A stretch of DNA of 64,000 nt from assembly GCA_965644295.1 (NCBI GenBank), contig CBFFRP010000139.1, forward strand, positions 1 to 64,000, written 5' to 3'. Below are positions 24,592 to 34,800 of the stretch, piece by piece. Below the pieces are notes generated by a model. It saw only the letters and a list, made by a program, of their open reading frames with translations. It did no database searches and was not told the origin of the DNA. The position numbers were made by a program, and so were the translations under genes. Numbering within the stretch: the stretch's first letter is position 1; each line of letters opens with the position of its first letter. Source of the DNA: Paraphysomonas bandaiensis. Taxonomy: Eukaryota > Protista > Chrysophyceae.

Positions 24592-26244
24592 ATGGCAACG
24601 ATATTTGATGAAGAAAAGATACTGCACTATTTGGTAACTCTTAGTGATGAGCGCTGTGACGAGGTTTCCCATGACGCCCTGCAATGCATTATAGATGTTG
24701 CAACCACATCCTCTGCAGGACAAGATTTTCTCGGTGCGCATAATGTGTGTGCAATACTTCCACGTCTTATTGAGATGGATAAAAACAAAAGTGCAAAAGA
24801 TACGGAACTTATTTTGTATGCTATTGCTAGAGTTGGGCGTCGGGCACTACCGAAGGATACGTCCAACTATGGTAACATCGACATGCTTGGTGACTCTGGA
24901 GCATGTGAAGCCGTCGTCAAGGCTCTGAATTCTTACATTGAAGATATTGCTGTTACAGAAGCTGCGTGTTGGTGTATAATGATTCTCAGTAGTGATAATC
25001 AAGATTTGCAAGTTAAATTCGCCAATGCAGGGGCATGTGATGCGGTTCTTAAGTCGCTTAACACTTTCGCCAGCAACCAGGATGTTATAGAAATTATATG
25101 TCGTGCAATTAGAAATTTGACTAGTAACTTATCCATTGCCACATATTGTGTGTCTGAAGGCATTCCTGATATGATCACGGGAACTGTTGTGATTCACAAA
25201 AACAACCCTGTGCAACTGGAGGCAGCTCTTTGGGTCGTGGTGAACCTCGCCTGTCATGCAGACCTGGCAACTGTGTTGGGAGCATCGGGAATGTGTGTTG
25301 CTTTGACAGATGTTCTTAGGGAAAGTTCCGATAATGAGAGGGTGGTAGTCGCGGCCATTTGGGCACTGCGCAATATGGCTTCTGGTAGTACGTTTAACTA
25401 TATGCAGCTGGTTCACACTGATATCTGTGTATCTATGGCTAAAATGCTTAGCCAGTATGCCGACTGTACCGCTGTACTAACACCGACTTTGTGGGCTATT
25501 GCGAATCTTGCATGTGACGATATTATCTGTTGTAAACTTCTGTTAGAGGAAGACTTTTCTTGCGTAAGTGTTGTAGATATACTGCGCACCTTCCTTCACA
25601 AGCTAGGAAGCTGCTCTTCGACTGATGAACGGTTACAGTATGTAGAAGTTATTGAGCCAGGTATATGGGCAGTGCGAAATCTTGCCAGCGGTGGCAAGCG
25701 TTGTCAAGATCTACTTCTGGAGCGGGGTTCACTGGAGGCATTAGTTCTTGCGTCATCACAGGAAGAGCTCGCCAGTTGCGAGAATATATCGGACTGCCTT
25801 GTTGGAGCGTACCTCAACTTGTGCGCAGAAGCGTCAAAAGAGACGCTAGAAAAATGTATCGAACTTCACGTTGCACAGTTAGTGTGTGATCACTTCCGAC
25901 GCAATCTATCGATATCTACGACTGCTAATTTGGCATGCAAAACCTTAAAGCATTTGTGCAATTGCAGTACAGAGGGGAGACGACAGCTGCTAGAACTGGA
26001 TGCATGTTGCTTAGCTTACAAAGCCGCCCACGAGCATAAGGAAGATGAGGAAGTTGTGAAGAATGCGTGCGGAGTGCTCTATTTAGTACACCACTGCGCC
26101 ACTGATGATGGGAAAGAGAAAATCCAAGCTGTAGAGGGGGCCATTGATTCTGAAACAGGGGAGCTGATCAGCAAGCCCTTCCCTGAGATGATGGCAATAT
26201 GGGCACCAGCAGACGTTGCACAGGCAGCCGGGTGGACAACGTAA
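24592..26244 (+). CDS. Armadillo-repeat protein (start could be ATG at 24502)
   Basis: Long intronless ORF with repeated GACxAV...ACW/AIWALRNLA units of about 42 aa. Confidence 0.85.
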   Translation: MATIFDEEKILHYLVTLSDERCDEVSHDALQCIIDVATTSSAGQDFLGAHNVCAILPRLIEMDKNKSAKDTELILYAIARVGRRALPKDTSNYGNIDMLGDSGACEAVVKALNSYIEDIAVTEAACWCIMILSSDNQDLQVKFANAGACDAVLKSLNTFASNQDVIEIICRAIRNLTSNLSIATYCVSEGIPDMITGTVVIHKNNPVQLEAALWVVVNLACHADLATVLGASGMCVALTDVLRESSDNERVVVAAIWALRNMASGSTFNYMQLVHTDICVSMAKMLSQYADCTAVLTPTLWAIANLACDDIICCKLLLEEDFSCVSVVDILRTFLHKLGSCSSTDERLQYVEVIEPGIWAVRNLASGGKRCQDLLLERGSLEALVLASSQEELASCENISDCLVGAYLNLCAEASKETLEKCIELHVAQLVCDHFRRNLSISTTANLACKTLKHLCNCSTEGRRQLLELDACCLAYKAAHEHKEDEEVVKNACGVLYLVHHCATDDGKEKIQAVEGAIDSETGELISKPFPEMMAIWAPADVAQAAGWTT

Positions 26245-26636
26245 GATCAGTTGTGATTTTTATAGGGTGCACTGTATGAATCGGGATTAGATTGTAGCTT
26301 GATGCGAAAGTGGTTGTTTACTCTGTCGGTATATGCGCCACATGCATCTAGATTTCGCACAATTAAGTTACTTGACGTTTTTCTTGGTGCTTATATTTTT
26401 ACTATAAGTTTGAAAACTTTTCTAAGATATACTGTCGTTAATATTTGTACGATAGAGTTGTACACCACTTGAAATTACCGCAATTTATACCAAGAGTACT
26501 GTGCCGCATAATGCCACTGGTATCCCCCACGACCGGCCGGTACTGTCAACTGTGTACTGTCAAAAATCTTTTAAAATGCATCCAAGATATATCTATTTCC
26601 AGCTATCTTTTCACTTTTCTACTACTTCCACAGGAA

Positions 26637-27518
26637 GGGAAATATTATTCAACCTAGTCAAATTGGTTGAATTATCTAGTCACACTATTTTTGGTGGAAT
26701 AACCTAGTCAAAGTAAGAAATTATTCAACCTAGTCATTTTTAGTTATAAACCTAGTCATAAAATGTACATGCATATAACTACGAATTACAGAACGATGAA
26801 GTCGCACAGCAGGTAAAGTGAAACCAACGCAGCGATCACGTCAAAGCAGAGTTAGAGTATAGAAAAAGAGATATTTTATAGTAGCATAGACAGGAATAAT
26901 ATCTTCTTCGTTCTCTGAACAGAATATCCATATATTCTTCAAGTTGAACCAAACGTCATGAAATCTTGCCGTCTGGGGGGTTATCAGTGTCAATTATATT
27001 TATATCAATTACAATGCACAGATATAAAAACATGCAGCGACCTCACACACAAAACAACATACTTAAATGATTGGTTACGAATCCCAAACGTATCTTGAAA
27101 GAATTTGCAGTTCGTTCGATATATCGTAGCTGAAAAATTCTGCCTGTCCAAGATACTTGCTCCCCACCATAGGAAATATTACTGGCTCGGAGATCATCTA
27201 AACACACATCCCAACATCAATAAGAAGTATACATTATTATATGCTACTTGAAGGAGTGTAGCTTATATCATATTATAGTTATAGCTTAATACTGTTGCGA
27301 ATATGAAATGCGATGTAAGTATGCTCCCATGCTTGAGTGGAAATTATTATTTTTTGACTAGGTGAATACCCTAAAACACCTAGTCAACCTAGTCTTTGTA
27401 AACTGAAAATATGAATTATTAAATGACTAGGTTTTTCACGTACTTGACTAGGTTTTTACACCAATTTTGGTGTGACTAGGTAGTTCAACCATTTTGACTA
27501 GGTTGAATAACAGATCCC
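26637..27518. mobile_element. Second non-autonomous Mutator-like TIR element of the same family
   Basis: GGGAAATATTATTCAACCTAGTCAAA ... TTTGACTAGGTTGAATAACAGATCCC; flanks CCACAGGAA / ACAAAGGAA (7/9 TSD). Confidence 0.8.
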
Positions 27519-27594
27519 ACAAAGGAAAAGTACCACCACAGATGCCAGGTGCAACGACATGAAGATTAAACAATACAAAGAAGACGGAATTAAG

Positions 27595-28320
27595 TTAGCA
27601 GTAGTAAGTCGTTGTCCACGGACCCAGGTCAACAGCGTTGAAATCGGTCACCCACGTTTTCATATCCATCTGATACAAAACAGAAGTATGAGGGACTCAT
27701 ACGAACGAAAAAAACATATAAGTGAAGCATATCAGTCACATCCATTGTTGTAACAGTTTACATATATATACAGTCTGCATATATACAGTTCATCATACCG
27801 TTCCAGATGTTTTGTACTCCAGTCCTTCAGATGAGTAGCAGGCTTGATTATCTTCAGAAATCTCCCGCGCTGTGGCATTGAAGTAGTAGGCAATTTTCAC
27901 ATCCTCCTCACTATTCTTTGCTATGGTCACACTGTTGTTATTAGATACGAACCTACCATATCCGACCAGGGAGTTTACACCATTAGTTGTAACTTGAAGA
28001 TCCAGGTTCGATAGCTCTAGACTATACATGTTTCGGTTTCGTATGCTGTAGCTCTGAGTAACGACATACGGATTGAACGTTACGACAGTGTTCTCATAAT
28101 AGGCTCGTGGTGGTCTTGGAATCAAAAAGAACAAAACGAGAAAGAGAGAACAGCAAAAGATGCAGCAGCAAGTGCAGTATACACATCTATTGCTTTGTTG
28201 AGTACGGCCAGCAGCTTGAGTTGTACTGTACTCTTCCTGCACAGGTTGGGCCTCAAGGAGGTACGCTGTGGTTGTACCACTATCACTGTAGTAAGTATCC
28301 TGCTTCTGAGGTGTTGTCAT
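27595..28320 (-). CDS. Single-pass membrane protein, LEA2/NDR1-HIN1-like
   Basis: Cys-rich segment plus TM ending FFLIPRPP; beta-rich domain with SIRNRNMYSLEL; last exon after one intron ends DLGPWTTTYYC-stop. Confidence 0.6.
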
Positions 28321-28826
28321 CTACAGGAGCGTGGAGCGTGAAGTGATAACTCGTTGATCATATCATCATATTTATATCCCCCAGTACAGTATATCATGTT
28401 GTTGGCTTGTCTTTTTTGGCACACAACACCGTCTCTCAATTTTCTGAATACTGGCATGAAAATCCTATCTTTTTGAAAACTTTCTGGGATATAGACTGAA
28501 ACTTTAGGATAAGTGCCCGAAAACTCAAGGCAAAGAATTATTTCTGTGGATTTTTCCTATACACTGCCAGTATAGCCAATTATTGAGTATTAATTACGAT
28601 TAAAGGTTTTGTATTGGACGAAGAGCAACAAAAGTCAAAATGAATGCTGCTCACAGTTATGCAATAGAATTGTTAGATAGTGAAGTTCGAAGTGAACAAT
28701 GGAAAGAGATGAGACTGTAGATCTTGAAGGAATCGATTCCATGTCGCAATCTCTGTATATTCAATTTCTTTATGTATTAATATTTCTATATATCGTTATA
28801 AGCTTAGATATTAATGTCTGTGAGCT

Positions 28827-31401
28827 ATGTCTGAGGAAAATCTGTGTCTACGCAACAATGTTGTGAATCATGTTACTCAAAATTTTGAAGTATTTGGGTT
28901 TAGCAATTATTCAAACTCGCTTTTTCAGTGTTGTAAAGAACTTATCGATAATTCGATAGCAGCATGTCAATCTGTTTCAGTTAACCGCGAGGTGTCGATT
29001 ACACTTAATCATGATTCGAGCAATGTATCTGTAATACAAGTTGAAGTCGTTGACAATGGATGTGGAATTAGTGATCTTGATTATATTGTTGAATTATTTG
29101 CTTCGAAAAGAGTGTGCAGTCGAAGCGGTGACCTTAACACGAAGGCCAAGTACGGGGTTGGCCTCACAACTTGCTTGATGTATGCGCAGATTTACACTGG
29201 GCGTTCTATTCGGTATGTTTATATATTGCAGAATCATGGAATAATACAATTAAATGTATTAGAATTATAACAAAGATTCCTAGTCAGCAATTCTGGTCCG
29301 TGTTGGATGTGGCTTTCGATATGGAAACTGGAAGTAACAAGATAGTACAGGAGACGAGAACGAGTACTGCAGATATACTTTCAGGTAAAGAAAGCTATTG
29401 TTGTAATACGTAAAATATTCAAATTATTACATTCAGGAACACGAATATGCCTCAGTATGCCGTTTACTGAATATTTTGCTGATGGTAGGAAGTGTCAACT
29501 ATCACTTCAGTAATGTCACCGCTTGTGTTGTAGTGGTTTATTCCCTTCAGATGTATCTATACCGTTGGAGTTTACTGCCTTCAACCAACACCACAACGCG
29601 TACGTATTTGTTACATCAATTCCTGTTACAATATTTATTGTACAATCAGGCATACTAGCAGTGTCTAGTTCGTGTTGTGTGAACATACAGTGCACATATG
29701 CCCCCACCACGCTGGGTCGTACCTTAAAGCTGTACTCTTCCAGCTTGCCCAATCCTCCCACGTCGTCAACAGACATGTCCAGTCATGCGTTAAAATACAA
29801 CTGTGAGGCGGTGGATGTAGTTATTGGTGAGGCCGTGCTCCAGACACAGTGTTCAGAAACAGAAAGTTTTGCTGTATATGTCAGCGTTTTGGGCGAGGTT
29901 GTATGCAGTTGTCGAGATATGCGTCAGCTCGGATTGACTAATGCGCATATTCCTGTGAGTGATATAGTTGCCGGCGATGAAGTTATGCAGACAGGAATAC
30001 CGCTTGAATTGTGGAGGTATTTTTGATCATACTTCATTACGAACTGTTATTAATAAATTGTGGCTTGGAGCTATTTTTGAATATGTTTATGATTTATAGA
30101 TATGCCAATGGATCTCCTATACTGGACGAAAATCATGACTCTCTCAGCTGTGGACTTACATCTGTATTTCGTTCAGTACCATGGATTAAATATGGACAGA
30201 AGCTGGAGATTTACTCACATAATACCATTTCTGATGCATCTCGAGAAATAGACGTCCGACCAACAGCATATCGACTTTATCCATGCCTTGAGGACGATTT
30301 GCGAATCGGATATCGTAAAGTTAGAAAGCTTGTTGTAATCATCAATGTTATGGGGAGCTCAGGTAAATGTTCTGTACTTAGTAAAAACGTATCTGTTTCA
30401 CGCAATTGTCTACGGAGAACTGCATATTATGTTCTTATGTTTTATGTTACTTTTAGTTCTCTGTAGTAGGGTGTATATATTTGCGGTCTCAAATTTATTA
30501 TATATAGTCTCGTACACAAGTCTGCGGAAGACCTCCTTGAATATACCCTCGGAACTATGTGCTATTACGCTCAATGGTATGATTAATACGCCAAGAGCTT
30601 GTAGATTATGCTGTATTTTCTCATTGGTATATATATAAGTTGTGTGATCACCTGCCACATTTTCGCTTTTACTTCATTGATATACTCATTTGTGCATTGT
30701 AGGGATTTGTACTGCTCTACAGGACACCCACCTTCAGTTACTTTCCTATCATTGCCACGACTTTTCATCCAGGGCTGAGAGAATGGTGGGTATTAAGTGT
30801 ACATTGTAGTTGAAATAGTTTTACAGTGTGTCATTGCTGTTACCGCTAACATTTTACCTGTGATTATATAGAGGGTAATTCAACTGAACCAGCATGTACC
30901 TACAGTGGCGAAATCTGTGGCTCGCATATTGCAATTCTCCTCGGTACCTAACGTCAATAACGTCACATTATTGCCATTTACGCTGTATTCAGTACATGTG
31001 ATTACGGTGCACACGGCATGACTACCCGATTGCGAATATTATCGTAATCGATAGTGTCATACTGTTTTCTCTGTTCTACGCTTTCTCTCCTTTTTTTGTT
31101 GCTATGTTTACTACAGTAATATATCTTTCCTTTTGCAGCGATCACAGTTTCAGCACCAATGCTTGAGTGTCCTTGGCTTGCCAAGCACTTGCCTGGATGA
31201 GGAAGCCTTGACGCAGCACTTGAGCCGGCGTATCTTAGGTTTTGGCGGCTTGTTGATTATATCCGCGCTACTCATGCGAAACATAATTTTCGTAGATGTA
31301 ATTGGAGACAAAATTCATCCTCTCCGTATATAACTGTAAGTAATGTGTTACTCATATTATAACAACTGATTTCGTTCTTGACAGCTGTGACCAGTGCATA
31401 A
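28827..31401 (+). CDS. Topoisomerase VI subunit B-like GHKL/transducer protein (multi-exon, divergent)
   Basis: FGFSNYSNSLFQCCKELIDNSIAAC (N box), VVDNGCGI (G1), AKYGVGL (G2), SGTRI (G3), RYANGSPIL...SCGLT...VPWIKYG (transducer WxxY); 3' exons inferred. Confidence 0.8.
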
Positions 31402-31644
31402 AAGAGTTGTGTTCGAAAGTTAGGCTTTTTATTCTGGCTGTGGCTTTTACTCTACCCTTTCTGTTTTCAGCAGTTAAAAAGCAGTTAAAAGATCGGTCAA
31501 TGCAATGATCTTTACATTTTATAAGGTTGGAAGAAATGCAAGCTACCTTATTCAAGTACTATGTTGCTCTAATCTCTAAATATACTCATTCTCTGTGCGT
31601 TGCTACAATACTGATAAATGTACTGTGTAAGGAGTGAAGATATT

Positions 31645-31704
31645 GAGATATATTAGTCAAATTGGTTGAATTATCTAGTCACATTAATTTTGGTGTATAT
31701 ATAC
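31645..31704. repeat. Left part of a MULE-like TIR, interrupted by a MITE and a Copia and continued at 37363-37412
   Basis: Removing both inserts restores TAGTCAAATTGGTTGAATTATCTAGTCAC...TTTTGGTG...CCTCGTCAAAGTAA...TCAACCTAGTCA, colinear with 26637-26760. Confidence 0.8.
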
Positions 31705-31836
31705 CAGGGCCTGGTAACCATTAATGGGCCATTAATGGTAATGCCATTATAATTGCCGGGAATTTTTAATTAATGCCATTATAATTGCGGGACACTGGAC
31801 TACCATTAATGGGCCATTAATGGCTATCAGGCCCTA
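31705..31836. mobile_element. hAT-type MITE (132 bp)
   Basis: CAGGGCCTGGTAACCATTAATGG ... CCATTAATGGCTATCAGGCCCTA; perfect 8-bp TSD ATATATAC at 31697-31704 and 31837-31844. Confidence 0.9.
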
Positions 31837-31849
31837 ATATATACCTCGT

Positions 31850-34800
31850 TGTTGAGAAATGCTCATTTTACACTAGATCACAGAGAGAATTTGTCGTAAG
31901 ACTAGATAGATTTATTAGTATCGTTTACACGAAGTTGTGATAACCAACACTAACTCATTATAATCCCTGCATAATATCCTACATATGCGAACCTCTCGTT
32001 ACTGAACATATCTTGAACGATCAAACTATTTCAGTTTCTCAATATCATCACAGCATTTGTACATCACTATATTTCACTGTATTCTCGTACATTGTCTTGA
32101 AGTGACATACTGAATATACTAGAATAAGATCCATATTCTAATACTCCCACTCAATGTAGAATGCAGTGAGATAAAACAACAGTGATCACAATAATCTGAT
32201 AATGCTATGACTATCTAGTCCCATAGGTAAAAACAGATGTGAAATCTTTTAAAGATACATATATATCTAGCAGTCAACTAGATATACAGTTATGTGGGAT
32301 TTTCACCCACTAAAACACACCTTTAACCTCTTCGGGGTCGTTTCTTCTGCTGCTCCTCCACACTGTTAGACACACTCCTCTTAACCCCGGTAATCGTTTT
32401 CTCATGACGGCTGAAGATCTTCGTGGACAACGCCTTTGTAAAAATATCGGCCGCCATATCATCCGTAGATACATGAATCAACTTTGCTGTAGGAAATTTT
32501 CCATTAACATGTTCTCTTATCCAGTGATACTTGATGTCAATATGCTTCGACCTCTTATGATACACTGGATTCTCTGAAAGATCCTTTGCACTCTTACTAT
32601 CCATAAAGAATGGAGTCGGCTTCGCTACCAAGAGTCCGAGCTCCTTGAACACCCCCCGAAGCCACACCAGTTCTTGCAAAGCCGCATACTCCGCCATATA
32701 CTCAGATTCCATGCTCGAAGTCGCAACTGTGGTCTGAAGCTTGGATTGCCAGGCCAAAGCGCCCGCACATAAAAGCACGATGTATCCCGTTGTGGACCGC
32801 CTAGTCATCCTATCACCAGCCCAGTCTGAATCACTGAATACATGTAAATCAAACTCACTCCCACTGAATCTGATTCCCTTATCAACTGTACCACGTAAAT
32901 ATTTCAACAAATGAATAGCTAATCTGCAAGTCGCATATGTTGGAGAAGTACTAAATCGAGCCAATAACCCCACAGCGTAAGCCAGATCAGGTCTAGTGTG
33001 AATCGCCAAATGCAACACCGCTCCAATAATTCCTCTATACGGAAATGATTCGACCCACTGCTTCTGCTCCTCTGTCAGCTCACGTTGCTCTGCCAACAAA
33101 TCCTGAACATTGGTAGGTAGTGGAGTCTCCTTATTCTTACTGCTCTTCCCCATAAACGAATCGAATTTCTTTACAATATTCTTGGCATATTCCGATTGAT
33201 CTAACATGTACCAGTCCTCTCCTCTCGTGATTCTGATATTCAGAAACCGTTTGCACACACCCAGATCGTGCATTTCAAACGTTTCGCAGAACCTACGTTT
33301 AACACTTTCTAAGTAGGTGAGATCAGCAGATGCAATGATAATATCATCAACATATATCAGCAATAAGTGCAATTGACCATTACTCCATCGCATATACAAG
33401 CATGTATCTAAAATGCAAGCAGTAAAATGTAACGATTTGATAAACTTGTCAATATGCTTGTTCCACTGCCTTGGTGATGACCGCAAACCATATAAGGCCT
33501 TGATCAATTGAAAACACCACCCCGCTGGCAACTCTTCATCAGGTGGAGGTGCCATATACACATCCTCCTCAAGATCGGCATAACAAAACGCTGATGATAC
33601 GTCCAACTGATGTACATGCATATGAAACATAAAGGCAATTGCAAGCACCAGTCGAATGGTTATTCCTTTGACCACTGGAGCAAACGTGGACTGCTCCTCC
33701 TCCGTTTTTTCTTGTAAATTTCCTAATGCAACCAGCCGCGCCTTATACTTGACTACATTCCCCAGAAGGTCTCTCTTCACCGTGTGAACATACTTTGCTC
33801 GCACCAACTTCACTCCCCGTGGAGTCCGCACAATCTTTAAGACACGTCTCTTCAGTAGTGAGGTCTTCTCCACCTTCCGAGCTTCTCGCCACTTCATGTA
33901 CTGTGGAGATCTCTCCGCTTCAGCATAGGAGTCTGGTATCTTAAAGTCATCATGTTGAAACTCTGCATGTTTAAAGTTAACAGTGCATGCATCTGGCACC
34001 TCAACCATATTTATTTCTCCTAACACCGATGCGTTCGCCAACCTACGCTGTAGCCGTTTCCGCCGTACACGACCATCACCATCTAGTTCAATAGGTCGTC
34101 TAGTAGATATATACGAACCCATACCTTGCTCATCCTGAGCCCGCAAATCTTGCGGTGTGGGAGGAGCCCCGCTCGCATCCCCAGACCCACGGTCTGTCAA
34201 GTTCTGCAACCTCACGACTGTCTGTTGACAGGTTGGGTCAGGACTCTCCTGGAACCCTCCAGGTCTTCCCTGGTCCAGCTCCCTGGCTGGCGTAGTACTC
34301 AGGGCGTCCCCCTTTCCTATGTACCCGGTATTCCCGGGGGTTTCTGCAGTCATACGCACCACGTCTTCGACGTGTATAGGCACCCGGTGCTCTATATGCT
34401 CGCGACCTGCAGTAACAAGTGAACGGTATGCTACAATCACACCCTTACGTTCTACAACTCTTGTTGTCTTATACAGAAGTCCGTCCTCATCATCAATATG
34501 ATACGTTCCTTCTAAGCTGACATAGTCGGATGCAAGCTTGGGTCTAGCGGCCTCCCGCACTCGAAGAGCATCAATCTCTGCGAAATACTTCTCTGATCGT
34601 GATGGCGTTGACTCATCAGTCAATATATGGACTGTAGTCACCACCTTGTTTGATTCAGGAAGATATACATGGTATCCTACCTTCTCATCAGAGTAACCCA
34701 TTAAATATCCAACTAGAGCCTTATCCTCCCAATCCTTTCGTCGATCCGCCTTCGGTGAAAGAACATAAGTTCGACACCCCCATACCCTAAGATATCTCAA

